A stretch of 64,000 nt of DNA, from positions 45,880,001 to 45,944,000 of the forward strand of contig CM069148.1 in NCBI GenBank assembly GCA_035221665.1, written 5' to 3'. Below, piece by piece: positions 42,701-57,700 of this stretch. The position numbers and the translations under genes are program-made. How positions within the stretch are numbered: position 1 is the stretch's first letter; each line of letters begins with the position of its first letter. The notes under the pieces were generated by a model. That model ran no database searches and had not been told where the DNA came from. It worked only from the letters and a program-made list of their open reading frames with translations. Source of the stretch: Okamejei kenojei (Eukaryota).

Positions 42701-45700
42701 GGGAATTCTAGAGTGAATGTGAAAGCACAATACAGGAATGAGCAGAAGATTACTTGACAACTGCATCACGGATACTCATTTGCATGATTCATTTTTGCGA
42801 AGGGATGGCAATGTCTCCTGAAGGTGCGTGATCAGGCGTGTACAATTAAACTTGGAAATGGGTGAACATACGTTTTCCCAATGAAAAGCAAGGTGTGATT
42901 ATTTGCCATCCGTTGCCAATCAATGCTGCTGCCATTTTCAGCTTTGGGATTATGGATTTCTTTGTCTTTTCAATGTGAATGGAAGAGCTCTGTTATAATT
43001 GACACACTTACCAGGTAACATTATTCGCCCGTCATTCTCACAGGTACATGTGGTAGTTCCTCTTGACGTTGGTGTTACTGTCACTGTTGTAGCTGATGTT
43101 GTAGTTTCTGCTGGTGTGGTTGTACTTTCACATTTTCCTGAGTACTTTATAACTTTACAATCTTCAGTACACAGAATGAAGTTACAGAGGCCTGATTTAC
43201 CTGTAGACGTCACAGTTGCCTGACCTGGAAGCAAAGAAAAGAAAATCAGGTTGTAATTTCAAAGAGTTTGCATCAAGAATCAAGAAATGATGAACATCAT
43301 TTGATCAAACACAGTGCGTGACTTCATATCGTAGCTTGTGGCTGGCAGGCCTTGTAAAAGGGAATTGCGGGGAGAATATAATATATAAATAAGCAGAAGA
43401 GTGAGTGGCAATTGCAGTAAGGTTGCTCAGTTGCGTAGTTCATTTTTGGGCAGAAATAACTTTTTTCACGCGAGGCATGATCTGGCCCACAACTGAAACC
43501 ATGGGCGGACCACAAAATTTCCAGTATAAAAGTGTAGGTCCACATTGTGAGCAAACCTCTCTGATCAATGCTGCCGTCAAGCAGAATGTAGGGATGTTGA
43601 ACTTTATCGTAACATGATGTTGCATTTAAGGCGCATTTGAATTAATTACATCCTGTAGCTCTATGGTTGCAAGGAAGAAGTATCCGGTGATTTTAAACTA
43701 TTAAGAGCTTCAACCACATTAACTCAAATGGAAAAAACTAAGAAAGCAAAAAGATTCTATAATTTATGTTGACATGTTGTGAACTGTGCATCAACTTCAT
43801 AATTGGATGCATTTCTTGCTATCATCTGCAGTTAGCAAGAAACAGATGAAGGTTCCATAGATGCTGCCTCACCCGCTGAGTTACACGAGCATGTTTGACT
43901 ACCCAAGAGACAGCTGTAAAAGCTCTTTCTTTGAAATGTGAACAGAAGAGCAGATTACTGACACACTTACCTGGTGACATTATATGTCCGTCAACATCAC
44001 ATGAACAGATTGTAGTTCCTTTTGACGTTGGTGTTACTGTCACTGTTGTAGCTGATGTTGTGGTTTCTGCTGTTGTGGTTGTACTTTCACATCTTCCTGT
44101 GTACTTCAGAACTTCACAATCCTCAGTACACAGAGTAAAGTTACAGAGGCCTGATTTACCTGCAGAAGTCACAGTTGCCTGACCTGGAGGCAAAGAAAAA
44201 AATATCAGGTTGTGTACATGTGATGTAACTGATGACTATCTTTATGTATGATGTTGAAGCTGGTTCATGTCTTTCACTTGGGAAATGTTTGAAATATGTG
44301 AATATTATTTTGCCGACTTCATCAAGGTTCAGGATGTTCTGAACCAAATCTGAGCAAACAGCATTGTCTGCGTTTTTGGAGCTGGTTGGCAACGGTTCAT
44401 CCAAGATTCTTTTGAGATTTGGAACAACACCAACAGCCACCATGTAGACATACACACACTAGGAGCAGGAACTGCCTCTCAAATCCAATCCACCAGTCGT
44501 AGTGTTATACAGCATTTTAACTCATCCAAGCTAACCAAATTACCTAATAGAATTTCCCATTTACTTGTGTTTGGCCCATAATCATTTGAACCTTAGTGCA
44601 CAAAGTTACACAGCCCTGATTTACCGGCAGACATCACCATTGCCTGACGTGGAGGCAAAGTAAAGAATATCAAGGTTTGCGAACCTGCATGTTATATAAT
44701 CATAAAATATCTTTATCTCTGCTGATGATGCTGGTTCATGCGTTTCACTTAGTAAGTAAGTTTGTAATATGAGAATATGATTTTGCAGAATGCATCAAAG
44801 ATCAGGACGTTCTGAACCACATCTGTGTAAGTACCAGGTTCTAGTTGTGAAGCATAACATTTTGGCAAAGCTGGTTGCTGCTGACAGGCAGTGTCAAAGG
44901 GAATTCTAGAGTGAATGTGAAAGCACAATACAGGAATCAGCAGAAGATTACTTGACAACTGCATCACGGATACTCATTTGCATGATTCATTTTTGAGAAG
45001 GGATGGCAATGTCTCCTGAAGGTGCGTGATCATGCGTGTACAATTAAACTTGGAAATGGGTGAACATACGTTTTCCCAATGAAAAGCAAGAGTGTGATTA
45101 TTTGCCATCCGTTGCCAATCAATGCTGCTGCCATTTTCAGCTTTGGGATTATGGATTTCTTTGTCTTTTCAATGTGAATGGAAGAGCTATGTGATAATTG
45201 ACACACTTACCAGGTAACATTATTCGCCCGTCATTCTCACAGGTACATGTGGTAGTTCCTCTTGACGTTGGTGTTACTGTCACTGTTGTAGCTGATGTTG
45301 TAGTTTCTGCTGGTGTGGTTGTACTTTCACATTTTCCTGAGTACTTTATAACTTTACAATCTTCAGTACACAGAATGAAGTTACAGAGGCCTGATTTACC
45401 TGTAGACGTCACAGTTGCCTGACCTGGAAGCAAAGAAAATAAAATCAGGTTGTAATTTCAAAGAGTTTGCATCAAGAATCAAGAAATGATGAACATCATT
45501 TGATCAAACACAGTGCGTGACTTCATATCGTAGCTTGTGGCTGGCAGGCCTTGTAAAAGGGAATTGCGGGGAGAATATAATATATAAATAAGCAGAAGAG
45601 TGAGTGGCAATTGCAGTAAGGTTGCTCAGTTGCGTAGTTCATTTTTGGGCAGAAATAACTTTTTTCACGCGAGGCATGATCTGGCCCACAACTGAAACCA

Positions 45701-48700
45701 TGGGCGGACCACAAAATTTCCAGTATAAAAGTGTAGGTCCACATTGTGAGCAAACCTCTCTGATCAATGCTGCCGTCAAGCAGAATGTAGGGATGTTGAA
45801 CTTTATCGTAACATGTTGTTGCATTTAAGGAGCATTTGAATGAATTACATCCTGTAGCTCTATGGTTTGCAAGAAGAAGTATCCGGTGATTTTAAACTAT
45901 TAAGAGCTTCAACCACATTAACTCAAATGGAAAAAAACTAAGAAAGCAAAAAGATTCTATAATTTATGTTGACATGTTGAGAACTGTGCATCAACTTCAT
46001 AATTGGATGCATTTCTTGCTATCATCTGCACTTAGCAAGAGACAGATGAAGGTTCCATAGATGCTGCCTCACCCGCTGAGTTACACGAGCATGTTTGACT
46101 ACCCAAGAGACAGCTGTAAAGCTCTTTCTTTGAAATGTGAACAGAAGACACACTTACCTGGTGACATTATATGTCCGTCAACATCACATGAACAGATTGT
46201 AGTTCCTTTTGACGTTGGTGTTACTGTCACTGTTGTAGCTGATGTTGTGGTTTCTGCTGGTGTGGTTGTACTTTCACATCTTCCTGTGTACTTCAGAACT
46301 TCACAATCCTCAGTACACAGAGTAAAGTTACAGAGGCCTGATTTACCTGCAGAAGTCACAGTTGCCTGACCTGGAGGCAAAGAAAAAAATATCAGGTTGT
46401 GTACATGTGATGTAACTGATGACTATCTTTATGTATGATGTTGAAGCTGGTTAATGTCTTTCACTTGGGAAATGTTTGAAATATGTGAATATTATTTTGC
46501 CGACTGCATCAAGGATCAGGATGTTCTGAACCAAATCTGAGCAAACAGCATTGTCTGCGTTTTTGGAGCTGGTTGGCAGCGGGTCATCCAAGATTATTTT
46601 GAGATTTGGAACAACACCAACAGCCACCATGTAGACATACACACACTAGGACCAGGAACTGCCTCTCAAATCCAATCCACCAGTCGTAGTATTATACAGC
46701 ATTTTAACTCATCCAAGCTAACCAAATTACCTAATAGAATTTCCCATTTACTTGTGTTTGGCCCATAATCATTTTAACCTTAGTACACAGAGTAAAGTTA
46801 CACAGCCCTGATTTACCGGCAGACATCACCATTGCCTGACGTGGAGGCAAAGTAAAGAAAATCAGGGTTTGCGAACCTGCATGTTATATAATCATAAAAT
46901 ATCTTTATCTCTGCTGATGACGCTGGTTCATGCGTTTCACTTAGTAAGTAAGTTTGTAATATGAGAATATGATTTTGCAGAATGCATCAAAGATCAGGAC
47001 GTTCTGAACCACATCTGTGTAAGTACCAGGTTCTAGTTGTGAAGCATAACATTTTGGCAAAGCTGGTTGCTGCTGACAGGCAGTGTCAAAGGGAATTCTA
47101 GAGTGAATGTGAAAGCACAATACAGGAATCAGCAGAAGATTACTTGACAACTGCATCACGGATACTCATTTGCATGATTCATTTTTGCGAAGGGATGGCA
47201 ATGTCTCCTGAAGGTGCATGATCATGCGTGTACAATTAAACTTGGAAATGGGTGAACATACGTTTTCCCAATGAAAAGCAAGAGTGTGATTATTTGCCAT
47301 CCGTTGCCAATCAATGCTGCTGCCATTTTCAGCTTTGGGATTATGGATTTATTTGTCTTTTCAATGTGAATGGAAGAGCTATGTGATAATTGACACACTT
47401 ACCAGGTAACATTATTCGCCCGTCATTCTCACAGGTACATGTGGTAGTTCCTCTTGACGTTGGTGTTACTGTCACTGTTGTAGCTGATGTTGTAGTTTCT
47501 GTTGGTGTGGTTGTACTTTCACATTTTCCTGAGTACTTTATAACTTTACAATCTTCAGTACACAGAATGAAGTTACAGAGGCCTGATTTACCTGTAGACG
47601 TCACAGTTGCCTGACCTGGAAGCAAAGAAAAGAAAATCAGGTTGTAATTTCAAAGTGTTTGCATCAAGAATCAAGAAATGATGAACATCATTTGATCAAA
47701 CACAGTGCGTGACTTCATATCGTAGATTGTGGCTGGCAGGCCTTGTAAAAGGGAATTGCGGGGAGAATATAATATAGAAATAAGCAGAAGAGTGAGTGGC
47801 AATTGCAGTAAGGTTGTTCAGTTGCGTAGTTCATTTTTGGGCAGAAATAACTTTTTTCACGCGAGGCATGATCTGGCCCATAACAGAAACCATGGGCGGA
47901 CCACAAAATTTCCAGTATAAAAGTGTAGGTCCACATTGTGAGCAAACCTCTCTGATCAATGCTGCTGTCAAGCAGAATGTAGGGATGTTGAACTTTGTCG
48001 TAACATGATGTTGCATTTAAGGAGCATTTGAATGAATTACATCCTGTAGCTCTATGGTTTCAAAGAAGAAGTCTCCGGTGATTTTAAACTATTAAGAGCT
48101 TCAACCACATTAACTCAAATGGAAAAAACTAAGAAAGCAAAAAGATTCTATAATTTATGTTGACATGTTTAGAACTGTGCATCAACTTCATAATTGGATG
48201 CATTTCTTGCTATCATCTGCAGTTAGCAAGAAACAGATGAAGGTTCCATAGATGCTGCCTCACCCGCTGAGTTACACGAGCATGTTTGACTACCCAAGAG
48301 ACAGCTGTAAAGCTCTTTCTTTGAAATGTGAACAGAAGAGCACTTTGATTACTGACACACTTACCTGGTGACATTATATGTCCGTCAACATCACATGAAC
48401 AGATTGTAGTTCCTTTTGACGTTGGTGTTACTGTCACTGTTGTAGCTGATGTTGTGGTTTCTGCTGGTGTGGTTGTACTTTCACATCTTCCTGTGTACTT
48501 CAGAACTTCACAATCCTCAGTACACAGAGTAAAGTTACAGAGGCCTGATTTACCTGCAGAAGTCACAGTTGCCTGACCTGGAGGCAAAGAAAAAAATATC
48601 AGGTTGTGTACATGTGATGTAACTGATGACTATCTTTATGTATGATGTTGAAGCTGGTTCATGTCTTTCACTTGGGAAATGTTTGAAATATGTGAATATT

Positions 48701-51700
48701 ATTTTGCCGACTTCATCACGGTTCAGGATGTTCTGAACCAAATCTGAGCAAACAGCATTGTCTGCGTTTTTGGAGCTGGTTGGCAGCGGGTCATCCAAGA
48801 TTCTTTTGAGATTTGGAACAACACCAACAGCCACCATGTAGACATACACACACTAGGAGCAGGAACTGCCTCTCAAATCCAATCCACCAGTCGTAGTGTT
48901 ATACAGCATTTTAACTCATCCAAGCTAACCAAATTACCTAATAGAATTTCCCATTTACTTGTGATTGGCCCATAATCATTTGAACCTTAGTACACAGAGT
49001 AAAGTTACACAGCCATGATTTACCGGCAGACATCACCATTGCCTGACGTGGAGGCAAAGTAAAGAATATCAAGGTTTGCGAACCTGCATGTTATATAATC
49101 ATAAAATATCTTTATCTCTGCTGATGATGCTGGTTCATGCGTTTCACTTAGTAAGTAAGTTTGTAATATGAGAATATGATTTTGCAGAATGCATCAAAGA
49201 TCAGGACGTTCAGAACCACATCTGTGTAAGTACCAGGTTCTAGTTGTGAAGCATAACATTTTGGCAAAGCTGGTTGCTGCTGACAGGCAGTGTCAAAGGG
49301 AATTCTAGAGTGAATGTGAAAGCACAATACAGGAATCAGCAGAAGATTACTTGACAACTGCATCACGGATACTCATTTGCATGATTCATTTTTGAGAAGG
49401 GATGGCAATGTCTCCTGAAGGTGCGTGATCATGCGTGTACAATTAAACTTGGAAATGGGTGAACATACGTTTTCCCAATGAAAAGCAAGAGTGTGATTAT
49501 TTGCCATCTGTTGCCAATCAATGCTGCTGCCATTTTCAGCTTTGGGATTATGGATTTATTTGTCTTTTCAATGTGAATGGAAGAGCTATGTGATAATTGA
49601 CACACTTACCAGGTAACATTATTCGCCCGTCATTCTCACAGGTACATGTGGTAGTTCCTCTTGACGTTGGTGTTACTGTCACTGTTGTAGCTGATGTTGT
49701 AGTTTCTGCTGGTGTGGTTGTACTTTCACATTTTCCTGAGTACTTCATAACTTTACAATCTTCAGTACACAGAATGAAGTTACAGAGGCCTGATTTACCT
49801 GTAGACGTCACGGTTGCCTGACCTGGAAGCAAAGAAAAGAAAATCAGGTTGTAATTTCAAAGTGTTTGCATCAAGAATCAAGAAATGATGAACATCACCT
49901 CGTTTGATCAAACACAGTGCGTGACTTCATATCGTAGATTGTGGCTGGCAGGCCTTGTAAAAGGGAATTGTGGGGAGAATATAATATAGAAATAAGCAGA
50001 AGAGTGAGTGGCAATTGCAGTAAGGTTGCTCAGTTGCGAAGTTCATTTTTGGGCAGAAATAACTTTTTTCACGCGAGGCATGATCTGGCCCCATAACTGA
50101 AACCATGGGCGGACCACAAAATTTCCAGTATAAAAGTGTAGGTCCACATTGTGAGCAAACCTCTCTGATCAATGCTGCCGTCAAGCAGAATGTAGGGATG
50201 TTGAACTTTATCGTAACATGATGTTGCATTTAAGGAGCATTTGAATGAATTACATCCTGTAGCTCTATGGTTTCAAAGAAGAAGTCTCCGGTGATTTTAA
50301 ACTATTAAGAGCTTCAACCACATTAACTCAAATGGAAAAAACTAAGAAAGCAAAAAGATTCTATAATTTATGTTGACATGTTGTGAACTGTGCATCAACT
50401 TCATAATTGGATGCATTTCTTGCTATCATCTGCACTTAGCAAGAGACAGATGTAGGTTCCATAGATGCTGCCTCACCCGCTGAGTTACACGAGCATGTTT
50501 GACTACCCAAGAGACAGCTGTAAAGCTCTTTCTTTGAAATGTGAACAGAAGAGCACTTTGATTACTGACACACTTACCTGGTGACATTATATGTCCGTCA
50601 ACATCACATGAACAGATTGTAGTTCCTTTTGACGTTGGTGTTACTGTCACTGTTGTAGCTGATGTTGTGGTTTCTGCTGGTGTGGTTGTACTTTCACATC
50701 TTCCTGTGTACTTCAGAACTTCACAATCCTCAGTACACAGAGTAAAGTTACAGAGGCCTGATTTACCTGCAGAAGTCACAGTTGCCTGACCTGGAGGCAA
50801 AGAAAAAAATATCAGGTTGTGTACACGTAAAGGTGATGTAACTGATGACTATCTTTATGTATGATGTTGAAGCTGGTTCATGTCTTTCACTTGGGAAATA
50901 AGTTTGAAATATGTGAATATTATTTTGCCGACTTCATCAAGGTTCAGGATGTTCTGAACCAAATCTGAGCAAACAGCATTGTCTGCGTTTTTGGAGCTGG
51001 TTGGCAGCGGGTCTTCCAAGATTCCTTTTGAGATTTGGAACAACACCAACAGCCACCATGTAGACATACACACACTAGGACCAGGAACTGCCTCTCAAAT
51101 CCAATCCACCAGTCGTAGTGTTATACAGCATTTAACTCATCCAAGCTAACCAAATTACCTAATAGAATTTCCCATTTGCTTGTGATTGGCCCATAATCAT
51201 TTGAACCTTAGTACACGAAGTTACACAGCCCTGATTTACCGGCAGACATCACCATTGCCTGACGTGGAGGCAAAGTAAAGAAAATCAAGGGTTTGCGAAC
51301 CTGCATGTTATATAATCATAAAATATCTTTATCTCTGCTGATGACGCTGGTTCATGCTTTTCACTTAGTAAGTAAGTTTGTAATATGAGAATATGATTTT
51401 GCAGAATGCATCAAAGATCAGGACGTTCTGAACCACATCTGTGTAAGTACCAGGTTCTAGTTGTGAAGCATAACATTTTGGCAAAGCTGGTTGCTGCTGA
51501 CAGGCAGTGTCAAAGGGAATTCTAGAGTGAATGTGAAAGCACAATACAGGAATGAGCAGAAGATTACTTGACAACTGCATCACGGATACTCATTTGCATG
51601 ATTCATTTTTGCGAAGGGATGGCAATGTCTCCTGAAGGTGCGTGATCAGGCGTGTACAATTAACCTTGGAAATGGGTGAACATACGTTTTCCCAATGAAA

Positions 51701-54700
51701 AGCAAGGGTGTGATTATTTGCCATCCATTGCCAATCAATGCTGCTGCCATTTTCAGCTTTGGGATTATGGATTTCTTTGTCTTTTCAATGTGAATGGAAG
51801 AGCTCTGTGATAATTGACACACTTACCAGGTAACATTATTCGCCCGTCATTCTCACAGGTACATGTGGTAGTTCCTCTTGACGTTGGTGTTACTGTCACT
51901 GTTGTAGCTGATGTTGTAGTTTCTGTTGGTGTGGTTGTACTTTCACATCTTCCTGTGTACTTCATAACTTTACAATCTTCAGTACACAGAATGAAGTTAC
52001 AGAGGCCTGATTTACCTGTAGACGTCACGGTTGCCTGACCTGGAAGCAAAGAAAAGAAAATCAGGTTGTAATTTCAAAGTGTTTGCATCAAGAATCAAGA
52101 AATGATGTACCTCGTTTGATCAAACACAGTGCGTGACTTCATATCGTAGATTGTGGCTGGCAGGCCTTGTAAAAGGGAATTGTGGGGAGAATATAATATA
52201 GAAATAAGCAGAAGAGTGAGTGGCAATTGCAGTAAGGTTGTTCCGTTGCGAAGTTCATTTTTGGGCAGAAATAACTTTTTTCACGGGAGGCATGATCTGG
52301 CCCATAACAGAAACCATGGGCGGACCACAAAATTTCCAGTATAAAAGTGTAGGTCCACATTGTGAGCAAACCTCTCTGATCAATGCTGCTGCCAAGCAGA
52401 ATGTAGGGATGTTGAACTTTATCGTAACATGATGTTGCATTTAAGGAGCATTTGAATGAATTACATCCTGTAGCTCTATGGTTTCAAAGAAGAAGTCTCC
52501 GGTGATTTTAAACTATTAAGAGCTTCAACCACATTAACTCAAATGGAAAAAACTAAGAAAGCAGAAAGATTCTATAATTTATGTTGACATGTTTAGAACT
52601 GTGCATCAACTTCATAATTGGATGCATTTCTTGCTATCATCTGCAGTTAGCAAGAAACAGATGAAGGTTCCATAGATGCTGCCTCACCCGCTGAGTTTCA
52701 CCAGCATTTTTGACTACCCAAGAGACAGCTGTAAAGCTCTTTCTTTGAAATGTGAACAGAAGAGCACTTTGATTACTGACTCACTTACCTGGTGACATTA
52801 TATGTCCGTCAACATCACATGAACAGATTGTAGTTCCTTTTGACGTTGGTGTTACTGTCACTGTTGTAGCTGATGTTGTGGTTTCTGCTGTTGTGGTTGT
52901 ACTTTCACATCTTCCTGTGTACTTCAGAACTTCACAATCCTCAGTACACAGAGTAAAGTTACAGAGGCCTGATTTACCTGCAGAAGTCACAGTTGCCTGA
53001 CCTGGAGGCAAAGAAAAAAAATATCAGGTTGTGTACATGTGAATGTAACTGATGACTATCTTTATGTATGATGTTGAAGCTGGTTCATGTCTTTCACTTG
53101 GGAAATGTTTGAAATATGTGAATATTATTTTGCCGACTTCATCAAGGTTCAGGATGTTCTGAACCAAATCTGAGCAAACAGCATTGTCTGCGTTTTTGGA
53201 GCTGGTTGGCAGCGGGTCATCCAAGATTATTTTGAGATTTGGAACAACACCAACAGCCACCATGTAGACATACACACACTAGGAGCAGGAACTGCCTCTC
53301 AAATCCAATCCACCAGTCGTAGTGTTATACAGCATTTTAACTCATCCAAGCTAACCAAATTACCTAATAGAATTTCCCATTTACTTGTGTTTGGCCCATA
53401 ATCATTTTAACCTTAGTACACAGAGTAAAGTTACACAGCCCTGATTTACCGGCAGACATCACCATTGCCTGACGTGGAGGCAAAGTAAAGAATATCAAGG
53501 TTTGCGAACCTGCATGTTATATAATCATAAAATATCTTTATCTATGCTGATGATGCTGGTTCATGCGTTTCACTTAGTAAGTAAGTTTGTAATATGAGAA
53601 TATGATTTTGCAGAATGCATCAAAGATCAGGACGTTCTGAACCACATCTGTGTAAGTACCAGGTTCTAGTTGTGAAGCATAACATTTTGGCAAAGCTGGT
53701 TGCTGCTGACAGGCAGTGTCAAAGGGAATTCTAGAGTGAATGTGAAAGCACAATACAGGAATCAGCAGAAGATTACTTGACAACTGCATCACGGATACTC
53801 ATTTGCATGATTCATTTTTGAGAAGGGATGGCAATGTCTCCTGAAGGTGCGTGATCATGCGTGTACAATTAAACTTGGAAATGGGTGAACATACGTTTTC
53901 CCAATGAAAAGCAAGAGTGTGATTATTTGCCATCCGTTGCCAATCAATGCTGCTGCCATTTTCAGTTTGGGATTATGGATTTCTTTGTCTTTTCAATGTG
54001 AATGGAAGAGCTATGTGATAATTGACACACTTACCAGGTAACATTATTCGCCCGTCATTCTCACAGGTACATGTGGTAGTTCCTCTTGACGTTGGTGTTA
54101 CTGTCACTGTTGTAGCTGATGTTGTAGTTTCTGCTGGTGTGGTTGTACTTTCACATCTTCCTGTGTACTTCATAACTTTACAATCTTCAGTACACAGAAT
54201 GAAGTTACAGAGGCCTGATTTACCTGTAGACGTCACAGTTGCCTGACCTGGAAGCAAAGAAAAGAAAATCAGGTTGTAATTTCAAAGTGTTTGCATCAAG
54301 AATCAAGAAATGATGTACCTCGTTTGATCAAACACAGTGCGTGACTTCATATCGTAGATTGTGGCTGGCAGGCCTTGTAAAAGGGAATTGTGGGGAGAAT
54401 ATAATATAGAAATAAGCAGAAGAGTGAGTGGCAATTGCGGTAAGGTTGCTCAGTTGCGAAGTTCATTTTTGGGCAGAAATAACTTTTTTCACGCGAGGCA
54501 TGATCTGGCCCACAACTGAAACCATGGGCGGACCACAAAATTTCCAGTATAAAAGTGTAGGTCCACATTGTGAGCAAACCTCTCTGATCAATGCTGCCGT
54601 CAAGCAGAATGTAGGGATGTTGAACTTTATCGTAACATGATGTTGCATTTAAGGAGCATTTGAATGAATTACATCCTGTAGCTCTATGGTTGCAAGGAAG

Positions 54701-57700
54701 AAGTATCCGGTGATTTTAAACTATTAAGAGCTTCAACCACATTAACTCAAATGGAAAAAACTAAGAAAGCATAAAGATTCTATAATTTATGTTGACATGT
54801 TCAGAACTGTGCATCAACTTCATAATTGGATGCATTTCTTGCTATCATCTGCACTTAGCAAGAGACAGATGTAGGTTCCATAGATGCTGCCTCACCCGCT
54901 GAGTTACACGAGCATGTTTGACTACCCAAGAGACAGCTGTAAAGCTCTTTCTTTGAAATGTGAACAGAAGACACACTTACCTGGTGACATTATATGTCCG
55001 TCAACATCACATGAACAGATTGTAGTTCCTTTTGATGTTGGTGTTACTGTCACTGTTGTAGCTGGTGTTGTGGTTTCTGCTGGTGTGGTTGTACTTTCAC
55101 ATCTTCCTGTGTACTTCAGAACTTCACAATCCTCAGTACACAGAGTAAAGTTACAGAGGCCTGATTTACCTGCAGAAGTCACAGTTGCCTGACCTGGAGG
55201 CAAAGAAAAAAATATTAGGTTGTGTACATGTGAAGTAACTGATGACTATCTTTATGTATGATGTTGAAGCTGGTTCATGTCTTTCACTTGGGAAATGTTT
55301 GAAATATGTGAATATTATTTTGCTGACTGCATCAAGGATCAGGATGTTCTGAACCAAATCTGAGCAAACAGCATTGTCTGCGTTTTTGGAGCTTGTTGGC
55401 AGCGGTTCTTCCAAGATCTTTTTGAGATTTGGAACAACACCAACAGCCACCATGTAGACATACGCACACTAGGAGCAGGAACTGCCTCTCAAATCCAATC
55501 CACCAGTCGTAGTGTTATACAGCATTTTAACTCATCCAAGCTAACCAAATTACCTAATAGAATTTCCCATTTACTTGTGTTTGGCCCATAATCATTTTAA
55601 CCTTAGTACACAGAGTAAAGTTACACAGCCCTGATTTACCGGCAGACATCACCATTGCCTGACGTGGAGGCAAAGTAAAGAATATCAAGGTTTGCGAACC
55701 TGCATGTTATATAATCATAAAATATCTTTATCTCTGCTGATGATGCTGGTTCATGCGTTTCACTTAGTAAGTAAGTAAGTTTGTAATATGAGAATATTAT
55801 TTTGCAGAATGCATCAAAGATCAGGACGTTCTGAACCACATCTGTGCAAGCACCAGGTTCTAGTTGTGAAGCATAACATTTTGGCAAAGCTGGTTGCTGC
55901 TGACAGGCAGTGTCAAAGGGAATTCTAGAGTGAATGTGAAAGCACAATACAGGAATCAGCAGAAGATTACTTGACAACTGCATCACGGATACTCATTTGC
56001 ATGATTCATTTTTGCGAAGGGATGGCAATGTCTCCTGAAGGTGCGTGATCATGCGTGTACAATTAAACTTGGAAATGGGTGAACATACGTTTTCCCAATG
56101 AAAAGCAAGAGTGTGATTATTTGCCATCCGTTGCCAATCAATGCTGCTGCCATTTTCAGCTTTGGGATTATGGATTTCTTTGTCTTTTCAATGTGAATGG
56201 AAGAGCTATGTGATAATTGACACACTTACCAGGTAACATTATTCGCCCGTCATTCTCACAGGTACATGTGGTAGTTCCTCTTGACGTTGGTGTTACTGTC
56301 ACTGTTGTAGCTGATGTTGTAGTTTCTGCTGGTGTGGTTGTACTTTCACATTTTCCTGAGTACTTTATAACTTTACAATCTTCAGTACACAGAATGAAGT
56401 TACAGAGGCCTGATTTACCTGTAGACGTCACAGTTGCCTGACCTGGAAGCAAAGAAAAGAAAATCAGGTTGTAATTTCAAAGTGTTTGCATCAAGAATCA
56501 AGAAATGATGAACATCATTTGATCAAACACAGTGCGTGACTTCATATCGTAGCTTGTGGCTGGCAGGCCTTGTAAAAGGGAATTGCGGGGAGAATATAAT
56601 ATATAAATAAGCAGAAGAGTGAGCGGCAATTGCAGTAAGGTTGCTCAGTTGCGTAGTTCATTTTTGGGCAGAAATAACTTTTTTCACGGGAAAAATAACT
56701 TTTTTCATGATCTGGCCCATAACAGAAACCATGGGCGGACCACAAAATTTCCAGTATAAAAGTGAAGGTCGACATTGTGAGCAAACCTCTCTGATCAATG
56801 CTGCTGCCAAGCAGAATGTAGGGATGTTGAACTTTATCGTAACATGATGTTGCATTTAAGGAGCATTTGAATGAATTACATCCTGTAGCTCTATGGTTGC
56901 AAGGAAGAAGTATCCGGTGATTTTAAACTATTAAGAGCTTCAACCACATTAACTCAAATGGAAAAAACTAAGAAAGCAAAAAGATTCTATAATTTATGTT
57001 GACATGTTTAGAACTGTGCATCAACTTCATAATTGGATGCATTTCTTGCTATCATCTGCACTTAGCAAGAGACAGATGAAGGTTCCATAGATGCTGCCTC
57101 ACCCGCTGAGTTTACACCGAGCATGTTTGACTACCCAAGAGACAGCTGTAAAGCTCTTTCTTTGAAATGTGAAGAGCAGAACTGACACACTTACCTGGTG
57201 ACATTATATGTCCGTCAACATCACATGAACAGATTGTAGTTCCTTTTGATGTTGGTGTTACTGTCACTGTTGTAGCTGGTGTTGTGGTTTCTGCTGGTGT
57301 GGTTGTACTTTCACATCTTCCTGTGTACTTCAGAACTTCACAATCCTCAGTACACAGAGTAAAGTTACAGAGGCCTGATTTACCTGCAGAAGTCACAGTT
57401 GCCTGACCTGGAGGCAAAGAAAAAAATATTAGGTTGTGTACATGTGAAGTAACTGATGACTATCTTTATGTATGATGTTGAAGCTGGTTCATGTCTTTCA
57501 CTTGGGAAATAAGTTTGAAATATGTGAATATTATTTTGCTGACTGCATCAAGGATCAGGATGTTCTGAACCAAATCTGAGCAAACAGCATTGTCTGCGTT
57601 TTTGGAGCTTGTTGGCAGCGGTTCTTCCAAGATCTTTTTGAGATTTGGAACAACACCAACAGCCACCATGTAGACATACACACACTAGGAGCAGGAACTG

